The translations under genes and the position numbers were made by a program. A stretch of DNA of 64,000 nt from the human T2T-CHM13v2.0 reference genome, Homo sapiens, in the NCBI RefSeq assembly GCF_009914755.1, contig NC_060944.1. One strand, given 5' to 3'. Each line of letters begins with the position of its first letter. Within the stretch, counting starts at the first letter, position 1. The notes under the pieces are model-generated. The model was given only the letters and a program-made list of their open reading frames with translations, made no database searches and was not told the origin of the DNA. Positions 1 through 14,582 of the stretch are shown one piece after another.

Positions 1-593
1 GGATTATAGTTACCTGGAGAGCTTGTGTTAAAATATCTGAGGATGATTCCAAGTACCAGGGCTTATACACAGGAATACTTGAGAACCACTGCACTCAAGC
101 ATTTAAAATTTTCCTTTTACCTAAATCCACATGGGCCAAGACAATTTTTAAAATTCATAGAATTCATGTGACCAGACGTAAGGGGTCAATAAAGGTCATT
201 TTATAGATCAGAAAACTGAGACCCAAAGCTGAGAAATAAGTTATCTAAAACCCCACCAGGACATTGCATTAAAGGAGTTGCTCTAAGCGTGTCTTCTTAC
301 TATTAGAAAGTGAAATTGACTTTTAAATCTGTCACTTAGTTTTTGGCATAATAATAAAACAATGAACAGTCTGTTCTGGCTCTAATTGCGCCTAGAATCT
401 CCAGATCAGAAGACCTTCTTGTAGATCAAGTAACATACTTCTCTGAAAGACAGTTTGTCGGTCCTATCACTGAAGTCTGAATTATTTTTTTGATTTTTAA
501 ATATAATTAATTGGTCCCTGGAAATGAGAACCAGAGGAAGATAAGAAGATGAACTTGAATTTAAGGACCATAATGGAAGGAGTGGGATGGGAA

Positions 594-699
594 AGAAGGC
601 TGTAAAATAAGACAGTGGTTGTGGAGAGACAGATTAAGGTAAGGAGAGAAGGTTGTAAAATAAGACAGGAAGGGGTTGTGGAGAGACAGATTAAGGTAA
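594..699. repeat. Two-copy ~50-bp tandem duplication
   Basis: AGAAGG(C/T)TGTAAAATAAGACAG...GGTTGTGGAGAGACAGATTAAGGTAA at 594-642 and 647-699. Confidence 0.9.
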
Positions 700-1711
700 T
701 TGTGGTGTTGTAAAGCCATAAAAGAAATTTAAATGCGGAAGTGGCCTGGAAGAGAAAACATTCTCTGATCATTTAACCCTTTTGTGTGTGTGTCAGTTTG
801 AGGCGTAAAGTAGACGAATAGCCTCCTTCTTGTGTGTCTTTTCCATGGCAAAGCCTTTAAGGATAATAGCTGACCACTAATCTCACACAGCTGCTGATGT
901 TTAAGAACCTAATTCTTGAAGTGTTTTTAAGTCAGTTTGTGGCATTTCTTCTGAACACTTGGGCACTTTGGAAATTGTAGTGACAGGTTTTAGAAATTTG
1001 AAGTTGTGTTGCAGAGGTGATAACAAAATTGGGTCTTTGAGCAACTCTGAGTCTTTTAATGCAGTGCACTTCTAAGTTTCCGATGGTATTTCCCCAAGTT
1101 TTGAATATTGAAAAGAAAGACCACACTTTGCAAAATAATTGGCAACTTTCATTTAATTCAGTTTGACCCTGTCTTGAACTTGGTCTTTGTAACTTCTTAT
1201 GAGGGTCTTTTCCAACGGTAACATTAGAGGCTGATTCTGGAACTTCATGGAGGCAAGTCCAGTGAAACTTGGGCAGTTAGGGGGACCCTTTCCCTCTCCC
1301 TTTTCAAAGTTACTCAGTCAGCAGCTGCTACTGTTGGGATGGCGTGGTCAGGTGGGTATTATGCTTATTATGAAACTTGATGAGGGCAGGGACTCAGTTT
1401 TGGGGCTGAGTTGTATTTCAACACTTAAGTGGCACTCAGTAAATACTTGAACAAATGAATATTGTGAATCCCAACTTCCTTAAGGACAGAAGAACTATTT
1501 ATACTTGTCTGCCATCTTCTTAGCTAGAGATTTTTTTTTTGTTTGTTTTGTTAGCTTTCAAGTTGAGGTCCCTAACAGGGGAATCCCATAGTTTCAATGA
1601 TGAACAGGTCCATGACAAAAATTCTTGTTTATATGCAATACACATTTAGGGAGAATAAATGGTCATGTGGACTTTAAAAATTGGAAATGTTACTAGTCTC
1701 TTCTCTCATTC

Positions 1712-2077
<366 letters not shown>

Positions 2078-4403
2078 TGAATTCCAGAGCTCTTTGGGCC
2101 TTTAGCCAGAAACAGTCTCTGTCCTGCTTACTTTGAAAGGCTGTTAACTATGCCCTGGAATTTTGGAAATGTTCTCCTTGAGAATTGCTGTAAAGTAGTG
2201 ATAAGGACTCTTCTGTAGGCTACAAATTGAAACCAGCCACCATTAAGATGGCTCACAGACAGGGTGTCCTGGATTGAAACTGGACCAACGTTGGTATAGT
2301 CTGAATTTGAGGAGTAAAAAGAAATATGCCCTTCCCTCTCCCCTAACAGTTGGGGAATACTTGTTTTTACTCCTCAACCATTCCCCTTTTAATGATGACA
2401 AGTTTTCAGGCTTTTTCACTGCCTTTAGTTTTGCATTAAGTTCCTGGGAGATTCACACACCCCTGATATTTACTGCACTCCTGGATGCCAGTTTTTTATC
2501 ACTCAAGACCAGCTTGTTATCTGTCCTAGACAGAAGCCATCTTCTTTTAAAAGTATTAGAACATACTGGGTATAGAGTGTTAAAGAGAATGTTGATTTTT
2601 TTAAAACTTCTGCTTTTGGGGATGTGATATGGGTTTGAAAGTCAGGGAGGAAGTAGAAGATGTAAGGGTTTGCCCCAGTACAAGAGTTTTAATAATGAGG
2701 TGATAAATATTTTCTTTAAATAATTTATTCACCCATTGTGTTCACTCAAGTGGTTCTAGTGTTCACTTTCCTTATGCGCTAGTTGTATATTTGTATGTCA
2801 GAGAAGAGCAGAGATTATCTTTGACAGAAGTTATATTGTGAGTGTCTTTTTGGAGAAGGTAGGTTTTGATTGTGTAACTATGCCACACCTCCATTCCCCA
2901 TACACTTGACTTGATGATTATCTTTGAAGGAGGAGCCCATCATATTATACAGCTGCCCTAAGTCTCAAATCTATCATCAAAAGGCAGTGTAAAGGGGACT
3001 GGCTCAAAACATGGCAAAGAGTCTCCTTTATATCAGAAAGCTCTCTGCCTTTGCTTATAAGGCAGCAAAGGACTCTTCTTCCTGCCCTGATCTGATTACC
3101 CTAAAAGCTTTAAGATCATGGAATAGTTGATAAAACAGTCAGTATTCTGTGCTGATGACTTATCCTTTTCTCCCTTAAGAAAGAGTAAATGTTTTTGCTT
3201 GGATTGAGTTTAGAGACACCAGATAGAATAAGATTGGCAACACTGTTAGCCACCTGCTGACCACAGCTAAACAGGCATATGTGCTTCTGCATGGGGAATG
3301 CTATGGCGTTAACAGTGCCTTCCTTAAAACCTGTAAGTTCGTTAGGCTTCCGGGTACCAGGGTTGTTAGAGTAGGCCACAGTTTACTTCCTTTTTCATAA
3401 GTGCTTTTCTTTCCTGGATCTCAGTATAGGAAGGAAAATCAGACAGCATTTCTCAATTGTTGGCTCGGTGGGCATTGTGAATGGGTATGGTTGCTGCCTC
3501 AAATGCACATATACAACCTGAGCTAAGTTGTATGAAATGATTGAGTAGGCTGACTTCAGTTCTATGTAAATTAATCAAGGAGAAGGTTTAGGAATGGTTG
3601 TACCGCATTGACAGTTGTTAACATGTTTATAATTTCTTGGAGATTAGCCAGGAATTCTGTTACAACTACACACAAATATTGATTGACTTTCAAAATAAAA
3701 TTCTTTAAAATCACTGAAATTTTCTGAGCCCAAGTTTCTTCATCTGTAAGATAAGCAAATTTACTAAGGTCATGGGTATCTAGTACATGATGGACAGAGA
3801 TTTGAAGCTCTTTACCACTGATTTATGCTACCTTCTCATAGATCTAGTAGTTAAGTGACTTTTACCCAAGGTCATACACTGAGTGATAGAACAAGGATTT
3901 TGAATAAGATATTTTTCACTGTTGCACTGGTCTGCTTTCTCCAGCTTCCTTCAGAGGTCCCTAAAGGGGACCTCTGTGCTGCTCTGCAGTGCCTCTATCA
4001 CATTAGGGTTTGGTCATGGTCTTTTGTGCTCATCATGTTTGAACATGTTTATCAAAGTATTTTACAGACTTGGTTATTTCTTCCCCTCATGTAATTTGTG
4101 TATTTGTCTGTTTTCCCTATGGAGAATGAACTTTTTATCTTATATATGCCTGATGTGACATTGATTTGGCCACTTGGGGTTGACCTTGTACTTGGTTTCC
4201 ATATCTGCAGCTTCATTGTCATTTTGGGTTTAGGCCAGCTTTCAGGAACTTTTTAACAGTTGGATCAAATTTTGTTGGATTCATTTGATACTGAGTTTCT
4301 TATTCCTGTATATTTTGTTTCCTTTCTATCTAAGCAGAGAACTAGGACTCTAGAGTTACAAGAAGTTAGAGTATATCTATAACTTTTTTAAAAGAAAAAA
4401 AAA

Positions 4404-4753
<350 letters not shown>

Positions 4754-5813
4754 TTATTTTTTAATATGCTCCTGAAAACAGTCAACTCTCCCATTTCCTA
4801 GCTGGGAGAAGTATGTCTCACTTAATTTTGCTCATTCAGGAGAGGATGAATTTTTCAGCAATGATAGTAATAGCTGGCTGTTGCAACTCATTTCTTGCTG
4901 CAGCGTAGCACATCCACCAAGAATGCCCTTTCACCTTCCTTTGTCTTGCCAACTCCCTCTTAGCTTTCAGTAAGACTTGGCTCAAACTGCATCCTCCAGG
5001 AAGCCTATGTTAACTCCTAACTGCCACTCTTGGATCCAGGGTTTTTATTTCATCTTGTTCGCTGGTGGAACCGGGCTGTTTTATCTCATTATATTACTCT
5101 TCACTTTGAAACAAGGAGGCAGTTAACCTAGATTCAGTATTTTTACTCTTAGACTTTTTTTCCCCCAAAATGCCCATAAATTAAGCAATCTTACTGCCTT
5201 ACTGCGCTTACTGAAAAATAGCAGCACAGCAGAAAAATAGAAAATCTTGCTATCATGTAAGAGATGTGGAAGTAATGGTGCCCACATGCTTCATTTGGAA
5301 AATGTCTATTACCTTTATAAAGAGTTTGTATAGTTTCTAAATACAGGAGCATTATGATGCGATAGAAACTGTTACTTTAATGTTAATTGACGTTCGAAAA
5401 TTTGAGTTTCAAATGTTTCCTAAAACATTTTTTCTTAACCCTTTTGCTATTCCATTGATCTGCCATTCTACATTCTGCCTCCTTTGTTTCCCTGTCACTT
5501 ATTAAAAATACTGCCTCTTAACTTTGTTGTCATCCACTTATTTCTCTAGATACACCTTGGAGTGTTTTTTCAGGCTGAATTGTTAGGCATGGGATTGCTG
5601 GGTTTAAAGAGGGAGTGTGTGAGTTTGTTTGATTTTGCCAAATTCTTCCTTCATGGGGGTTATACCAACTAGATGCACCTTATTTTCAGAGATGGTAAAA
5701 TGAGGCAAAAAGTATCTTAGATTTGAGGAAATCGTTACCACCCAGAGTTGTGAAACTTAGAGGTGATATATGTAATACTGCCTTGCACAAAATATACATT
5801 TAGTAAAGGATAC

Positions 5814-6200
5814 TGATATGGTTTGGCTGTGTCCCCACCCAAATCTCATGTTGAATTGTAGCTCTCATAATCTTCCTGTGTTGTGGGAGGGACCCGGTGG
5901 GAGGTGATTGAATCACCCGGGCAGTTACCTCCATGCTGTTCTTGTGATAGTGAGTTCTCATGAGGTCCGATGGTTTTATAAGGGGCTTCCCCACCCCGCC
6001 CCCGCACCTGCCCCACTTTGCTTCACACTTCTCCTTGCTGCCATCATTTGAAGAAGGACGTGTTTGCTTCCCCTTCCACCATGATTGTAAGTTTCCTGAG
6101 GCCTTCCCAGCTCTGCAGAACTGTGAGTCAATTAAACCTCTTTATAAATTACCCAGTCTTGGGTATGTCTTTATTAGCAGCGTGAGAATGGACTAATACA
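5814..6200 (+). mobile_element. THE1-family (ERVL-MaLR) solo LTR
   Basis: TGATATGGTTTGGCTGTGTCCCCACCCAAATCTC ... GGACTAATACA termini; perfect 5-bp TSD GATAC (5809-5813, 6201-6205). Confidence 0.95.
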
Positions 6201-8195
6201 GATACCTAGATACCCATTATTATCTTTTGTGAACTGGGACTATTTCTCTATCGTAAGAGTGGTAAGAAACTTGAGTTGAGATAGTGTTTGAAAGCACGCT
6301 AGCATGGTGCTGGCACCCGTATTAGTGCCCTTTTCTCTTGTGTGCCTTGGGCAGCCAGCTACTTGAGATTATATCTTAATTACCTTAATGGATTGTAAAC
6401 TCCTTGAGGGCAGAGTCCTTGTCTGGTGAGTCTTTAGCAGGAAGCTTTGGACTTGAATATATTTGGTTTTAAATTGAATTAGTCTTCAGAATATATTTCT
6501 GAAACAGTAGGAAAAGGATTTCTTTTTTTTCTTTCTTTTTTTTACACATTAGCCCTCAACTCCTGTGTAATGCTACCTAACATCTATTCCTACAGTAGGA
6601 AAAGACAGAGACACTTTCCTTTTGTCTGTCGGAAGCTTCTTTACTTAAAAGCTTTTTAAACCCCAGGGAATACGTTAGGTAACAATAGCAAAAGATGTTG
6701 ATTCCTGTTCTATCTGTTTAACTTATCTGTCCTTAGGGAGTAACTCCAGTTAAATTACAGTGAAAGGAGTTAGTTGCCATAAGTCTTCTGTTTTATCAAG
6801 ATTGCTTTATTGCAGGGGGCTTCCTCCCATGTCTTCATCTAGAATTTTCACTAGGAATTAAAATATTTGTTACTAGAAAGCATTAGTTGGCCTGAATTCA
6901 CAGTGAATTAGGTTTTCTGATGATTTAATGTGCACTGGTTTGCATCTTTCATATCTGTCAGTTAAATTCAACACATTTCTTTTTGCACTTAACAGGTGCT
7001 TGAAGTGGCAGGGTCCTTCCTCTAAAACATTTTAAATAACACTAGTAGATGAATTCCAGTTAAGGGGAAAAGGTATGTGCTGAAAGTAATCTTCAAGGCC
7101 ACAGTATGTTCTCTCCAAACACATGTTTTCACCACGAGGGATGTAGATCTGTGTGCCCTTATTGGCTTTACTTTTTCACTTACTGGCATCTCTTCTGACC
7201 AACATCTTTAGTCAGATGTCCCACTGTTACCTTAGATACAATATGGCTCAGGCTGGTCCATCATTTCTCCAGTATTTTTCACCATCTTTATTCTGTACAA
7301 GTTTCTTGTTTTTGCCAAGGCCCCTTGTTCCCCCAGTCACCTGGACGTAAAGACTTTCTCTGACTCTTTATTACACTGCATTTATTACACATAGTAGTGA
7401 GTTCCTGGAACTGGGTTCTACTTCCATTTTCCCAAATGTGCTTTTACATTTTTTCCTTCCTTCTTAGTTTCTTTGCTGTCACTTTTTTTGTAGATTGCTT
7501 CAGAAACCTCTAACTATTTATTTTGCTTTTACTTTTATCTCTTACTATGCCTTAACACAAACCCTCTCTTGGAACTAGGCCAGTCTTCTTGCCATGCCCT
7601 CACATAATAACACAAAAATGAAGGGTTGGAAAGGAAGAAGCTTAAAGATAATGTTTAACTTATGAAAAGTTTCAAGCATACACATAGAGAAATATAATGA
7701 ACTCCCATGTGTCTGTCACTCAGCTTCAGTAATTACCAACCTTTTGCCAGTTGAATTTTGTCTATCCCCGTATCCCTTGGTGCTCCCCCAACCACCACCA
7801 CCAGAGAGTATTATAAGCAAATTCCAGGCATCGCTTACATGGAAGTACTTCAGTATTCATCTTTAGAGATTCTTTAATCTGTCAGTTTACCTACTGCAGA
7901 ATATCTCTACAGTTTCCCTTTCAGTTGGTTATTTAGTTTGTTTAAATGCTTTTGGCGTTCAGAAGGCATCCCATTCTTTTAGTGGTTAGTTCTTTTGTAC
8001 TGACCTCAATTTGCCTCCCTATCATTTCTCAGCAGTAATATAAATTTATATTTACTCAGAAATTACAAATTTACTGAGTAAATTTATATAATACAATATA
8101 ATAGTCATTAAGATATTTGAAGAAGTTGCCATGTAATACACTTTTTGACACACCTTTCACAGCACACATAGCACATGTAATAACTTTTATTTGTG

Positions 8196-8484
<289 letters not shown>

Positions 8485-8674
8485 TAAAATAGGAATACTT
8501 GGGGTTCAGATCTTTGACCTAGGTCTTATTTGTATCAATGAGATTAATGAGCCACAGCCCCGAGTTTCTCACCAGACATTTTTGATTTGCATTTTTAGAC
8601 AGCAGTTGCTTTAAAAAACTTGGGGACCTGGCTTAAAATCAATTTTGAAATTTTGTGCATTAAAAAAAAAATGT

Positions 8675-9146
<472 letters not shown>

Positions 9147-9946
9147 TTATCCTTTACTTAATTTCCTTTTTAAGTTTAGAGCTTTTTAGTGATTTAAGCA
9201 AATTTTCCTATGTACACTAGTATTTGTCAAGATAAATTTTTAAAGCTTGGTCCATTTTTTACTATAAAAGTAATTGTGGGGAAAACTAGAAAACAAGATG
9301 AAGTATATGCACAAAAACTCAAGTTACTCATAAATTGACTACCCTAAGATAACTGCTTTTAATATTTTGATGTCTGTATTCCAGTCTTCTTCATATGTAT
9401 TTATGCGTTTGTTGAATTATACACAGAGTAGTTTTTTTTAATGTGATGTCCTTTCCATACTCTAGGGCTGTATTAGCAGATCTTGATGTTCTGAAGCTTG
9501 TTTATTGCATCTGGCCTGCAAACAAAATTAATTGACACACATGCTTTATTCCAGATTGTGGTGCTATTACATGTATTGTCATTATTATGATTTTAGCCAT
9601 AAGTGTTTGGTTTGAGGCAGAAGTAGTGGGATATTGCTGTCAAGTAAACTGGGGCCACTAACCTTGTGGGAATCAACTTAGCATTTTAAAATTATAGACT
9701 CGAGGTTTTTAGAAGAAGCTGAAGGGTTCTGTATGCTGCATGGAAGATTGAGTTCAAATCCTACTTCTGACACCATATGATATTATTTTTCCCATCTCTG
9801 TAGGATGGGAATTTCTTACAGTTAGTACTACGGTCATGCAGATTTCTATTTTCCCAGGGCCTGACACAGAATAGATGCTCAGCAGATTATGACACATGTG
9901 GCTTCTTTTGCTGTGAGCCAGTCATGGGATGAAGACACATTGCCTA

Positions 9947-10450
9947 TGCATTATTAATTGATTGCTATAAAACATGTTGCCTCAAAATATAATAGCTTAA
10001 AACAACAGACACTTATTTTCTCATGTAGTTCCTGTGAGTCAGGAATCCAGACATAGTTTATCTGGGTGGCTTTGGCTTACCATCTGTAGATTGCAGTCAG
10101 TATGTCAGCCAGGGCTGCAGTCATTTGAAAACTTAATTTAGGCTAGAAGGTCCACTTCCAGGATGGCTCATTCACATGGCTAATTGGCAGGAAGCTTAAG
10201 TTTCTTACTACATGGGCCTTTCCAGAGGGCTTCTGAGTGAGTACATGACAGTGTGTCACTGGCCTCCCCCAGAGCAAGGAGAGAGCAGGAAGGAAGATCT
10301 AATACCTTTTATGGCCTAGTGTCGGAAGTTGCCCCCTCACAATTCCACTTCATCTTGTTTGTTAGGAGTGAGTCACAGTGTCCAGCCCACACTCAAGGGG
10401 AGGGGAATTAGGCTATACCTCTTGAAAAGCGGAGTAACAAACAATCTTAT
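9947..10450 (-). mobile_element. MLT1-family (MaLR) LTR remnant
   Basis: Motifs GCTTAAAACAAC, GGAATCCAG, CACTTCCAGGATGGCTCATTCACATGGC, CCAGCCCACACTCAAGGGGAGGGGAATT; ends approximate. Confidence 0.75.
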
Positions 10451-10577
10451 AGTCAAGATTGTGTTTGTGTAAGGTTAGAATAGAGGGTCCGGAAATAGAC
10501 CTATAATTATATGACCGCTCGAAAACGCCAAGACAATTTAATGGGGAAAGGGCCATCTTTTAAAAAATAATGCTAGG

Positions 10578-11028
10578 CTATTCACAGTAGCAGAAACATG
10601 GAATCAACCTCAATTTTCATTAATGGTAGACTGGATTAAAAAAAAGAATGTGGCGCATGTACACCACGGAATACTGTGCAGCCATAAGAAGAACGAGATT
10701 GTGTCCTTTGCAGGAACATGGATGGAACTAGAGGCCATTACCCTTAGCAAACGTAACAGAGGAACAGAAAACCAAGTATTGCATGTTCTCACTTATAAGT
10801 GGGAGCTAAATGATGAGAACACATGGACACATGTAGGGGAACAGCAGATACAGGGGCCTTTTGGAGGGTGGAGGGTGAGAGGAGGGAGAAAATCAGGAAA
10901 CATAATTAGTGGGTACTAGGCTTAATTCCTGGGTGATGAAATAATCTGTACAACAAACCTCCATGACACGAGTTTACCTATATAACAAACCTGCACATAT
11001 ACCCCTGAACTTAAAAGTTAAAAAAAAA
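10578..11028 (+). mobile_element. L1PA (old primate L1) 3' end
   Basis: GGAACATGGATGGAACTAGAGGCC...TTCTCACTTATAAGTGGGAGCTAAATGATGAGAACAC...CCCTGAACTTAAAAGTTAAAAA. Confidence 0.9.
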
Positions 11029-11105
11029 TGGTGTTAGAACAACTTGACGTCTTTATTGATTAGAAAAAAATGAACACTGGCCCTTAACTCTGCAAAACTG
11101 CTAGA

Positions 11106-11108
11106 AAA

Positions 11109-11138
<30 letters not shown>
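11106..11138. repeat. (AAAT)n microsatellite
   Basis: About 8 direct AAAT units. Confidence 0.9.
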
Positions 11139-11139
<1 letters not shown>

Positions 11140-11260
11140 GGTGGTGGTGGTGATATGCCCTTGTAATCCCAGCCATTCCAAGGGCTGTGGCAGGAGGATT
11201 GCTTGAGCCCAGGAGTTCGAGAGGAGCCTGCGTAACATCGTGATATAAGAAAATGAGACT
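11140..11260 (+). mobile_element. Alu monomer (FLAM-like)
   Basis: TGTAATCCCAGC...GGAGGATTGCTTGAGCCCAGGAGTTCGAG. Confidence 0.75.
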
Positions 11261-12302
11261 CTTTCCCTGCCTTTCCCTGCAAAAGAGAGAGAGAGAAAAT
11301 CTGTGTAGCCCTTGAGTAGGCAACGATATCTTGGGGCACAAAACATACAGACCCTAAAAGAGAAAATTGATGAAGTGGACTTGATCAAAATTTAAAACTT
11401 TTGCTCTTTGAAAGACACCATTAAGAAATAAAAACAAGAAAATGATGGGGAGAAAATATTCACAGTTCGTATAGCTAACAAAAAATTGGTAATCCAGAAT
11501 GTATAAAGAGCTCTTACAACTAGGTAGTAAGAAGACCAAGAAAGATTTGAGCAGATACTTCACCAAAGAAGGTATATGAGAGGCCAACAAGCACACCAAA
11601 AGATGCTTGTCATTAAACATCATTTAATCATCAGAAATATGTGAATTGAAACCACAGTGAGGTACCACTCCACACGTGCTAGAATGGCTAAAATTAAAGA
11701 CTGATAGCAGATATTGGTGAAAATTTGTAGCAATTGGAATGCTAATGAATTTTTGATGGAGATATACAATGGTACAATTTGGCAATTTCCTGTAAAGTTA
11801 AACATACATTTTTTATATTACCCAGTAACTTTTCTCCTAAGTATGTACCCAAGAGAAATGAAAACATGTCTATAGAAATATTTGTATATGAATGTTTGTA
11901 GCAGATAAATAATAACCAATGCCTGGAAACAACTAAATTGTCCAGCAGGTGAATGGGTAAGTTACAGTATATCCACACAATGTAACACCACTCAGCAATA
12001 AAATGGAACCAACAACTGATATATCCAACAATGTGGATGAATGTCACAAATGTTATGCTGAGAGAAAGACATCAGACACAAAAAGAATAAATCCTATATG
12101 ATGTTATTTACATGAAATCTAGAAATCTAGACAAATCTAATATACAGCACGATCAGATCAGTGCTTCCTTTGGGCAAGGGGTGGAAGATGGGGAATGACT
12201 GGGAAGGAGCACGAGGGAAACTTTCTGAGATGATGGACTTGTTCTAAATCTTTATTGTAGTGGGGATTGCACCTGTGGGTGTCTTTGAAATGTTTATTAT
12301 TA

Positions 12303-12637
12303 CAGTTATTTCTTAATATTTGTAGGGGATTGGTTCCAGGACCACCCCACCCCCTGTCCCTAGTATACCAAAATTTGCAGATGTTCAAGTTTTTTTGTAT
12401 ATAAAATGGCACAGTATTTGCATATAACCTACACAATCCTTATATATACTTTAACTCACCACCACATTACTTAGATTACCTAATACAGTGTAACTATATA
12501 AATAGTTGTTATATTGTGGGGGGATTTGTATTTTTTTGGTTGTATTGTTATTACTATTTTTATTTTTCCTTGAATATTTTCAGTCTGCAAATGGTTGAAT
12601 CTATGGTGCTGAACCTGTAGATATGGAGGGCTGATTG
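12303..12637. mobile_element. MER2 (TcMar-Tigger non-autonomous DNA transposon)
   Basis: TA|CAGTT...GGGGATTGGTTCCAGGAC ... GATATGGAGGGCTGATTG|TA: degenerate terminal inverted repeats and TA target duplication. Confidence 0.85.
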
Positions 12638-13073
12638 TATTTTATTGTTTAGACATTACACCTTATTAACATTCATTTAAAAACATCTGTTGAGGTTTGG
12701 ATTTTTCAGAAGTTATAACATCTGATCTTTAGAGTCAGTGTTCAATACTATCCCTTTGTTATCATTTATAGGTCAGGCTTAATAGTATTATGTCTAGGGA
12801 GAAAAACGCCAAACTGTGGCTTCTTTCCACAGAATAATTGGCTCTCATTTCCTTATCCTCCCCATATTAGTAACTTGTCTTGATTGTAGAAGCAGGCTAA
12901 TGGGAGCTTTGTCTGGGCTTCTTTGTGAAAGCTTTTTTTTTCAGTGGCATGTGCTATTATGCCTACCATGCCATTTGAATCCTGTCATTGTACTTCTTGA
13001 CCAGCTTGTCAAGGTAGGCATACAGAAGATAGCTCATGACTCCTGTTAACTGACTCATCTCTTATGGTTGCAG

Positions 13074-13170
13074 ATTCTCATAAACACAAAGATAAACACA
13101 AAGATCGAGAACACCGGCACAAAGAACACAAGAAGGAGAAGGACCGGGAAAAGTCCAAGCATAGCAACAG
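13074..13170 (+). CDS. TOP1: TOP1 exon 3 (97 nt): (D)SHKHKDKHKDREHRHKEHKKEKDREKSKHSN(S)
   Basis: ttgcag|ATTCTCAT ... AGCAACAG|gtaagg; His/Lys-rich charged N-terminal domain. Confidence 0.97.
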
Positions 13171-14269
13171 GTAAGGGTGGAATCAAGCAAGTCCCTCATC
13201 ATTCAGCAGTGGGTTGGCCATTGCTTGGCTTACCTGGAATAGGTCTTAACTTGAGCTACATGTAAAGATAGCAAAGTAAGTAGAAACTGTATTTGATCCT
13301 AGAGTTGCTATGAGGATGGCCATGATTTAGGCCTTAAATGGGATGCCATTGTTCAGATCAAGATGTATAAAGCAAGTATGTCTAATTTTCTTTTAATATA
13401 TACCTCATTAAAAATACAGTTGTTCACTAAGATAGGTAAGGATTCATTGTGACACATGATGGCATTTAATCAAGTCTGTAGCAAGCTTGCCTTGATAAAA
13501 GGTAACTGGATTGGAGACCTGATTTTTTTTCTTCTTTCTATATTTTAAAGAGTTTACATTAAAAATTCTTAACTTGGGCTTCCATGGTCTGTTAGCCCCT
13601 GAAATTATATGCAAATGGTTGAGTATATGAGATTTCCTGGAGAGACTATTTGTAGCTTTCATCATGTTATCAGAGGAGTTCGGCTCCCACAAAAGCCTAC
13701 AATCACCAATATGAATGAAACTCAATAGTGCTGCCTTTTGGGATGCAAGCCTCAAGAAGATGTTTCTTTTGTTCATTTTGCTCCCATTTTTTTGGTGTAG
13801 GAGGCAAGTGGTTAAATCTAGTTATTGAAAATGAGGACTTGTACTTCCATTCTGATTTAAAGACAGTTGTTGGTGAGAAAGCCATATGGTATTCCCATTC
13901 CCATAGTGGCCTGAGCTAGGTTAGGGAATGTAAAGATCTGTCACACATTAGAACAAGTGTCTCCATTGTAGAGTTCTTAGAACTTCTTTATTAACTTGTC
14001 TGATTGTCTGTAGACAAGTTAAAGTGAGAATTGCTTTCTAAGTCTGTTCTTTTTCGCGAATCATTAAAATAACCAGATTTAATTTTCTCTATTGGGGACA
14101 TTTCTTTGGGAATCATGTATCATGCCTGTGGCCTTTTTTCCCTATCCCTCACTTATCTCTTATCACTTGATCATCTAGTTTCCATTTTCATTATTCTGGT
14201 AAATTTAATCTCAGTAGTTGAATCTACTCTACATCTTTTCTAGTTTATAGTTGTCTAGCTTATGTTAAT

Positions 14270-14582
14270 ATCTACCTTACAGCAAAGAATATTGCCAAGG
14301 ATAAAGAAGTTCATTGCATAATGATAAAAGGGACCCATTAGGAGAACATAGCAGTTATAAATGTTTATCCACTAACGTCACAGCCTCAAAATACATGAAG
14401 TAAATCTGATAGAGCTGCAAAGAGAAATAAACATTCATAATTATGGTCAGAGATTTTACTATCTTTCTCAATAATTTTTAGTCCAAATAGAAAATAATTA
14501 AGGATATGGAAGACTTGAACAGTATCAACCAACTTGATCTAATCGACATTTATAGGTTTTTCCCATCCAACAATATTAGAAT
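14270..14582 (+). mobile_element. L1M ORF2 endonuclease-region fragment (resumes at ~16008-16070)
   Basis: CATAATGATAAAAGGG...CAAAATACATGAAG...GAAGACTTGAAC...GACATTTATAG; continues AGAATACATTCTTTTTAAGTGCAC after the nested L1. Confidence 0.8.

Larger units (their letters stand above)
10470..12300 (+). mobile_element. Old L1M 3' remnant interrupted by a younger L1PA 3' end, an (AAAT)n tract and an Alu monomer
   Basis: Degenerate L1 ORF2 and 3'UTR motifs (GGACTTGATCAAAATTTAAAACTTTTGCTCT, AAACCACAGTGAGGTACCACT); boundaries approximate. Confidence 0.75.

Noticed and set aside
8036-8090. AT-rich quasi-palindrome (ATTTACTCAG/CTGAGTAAAT)
   Set aside because: Short stem in very AT-rich sequence, expected by chance.
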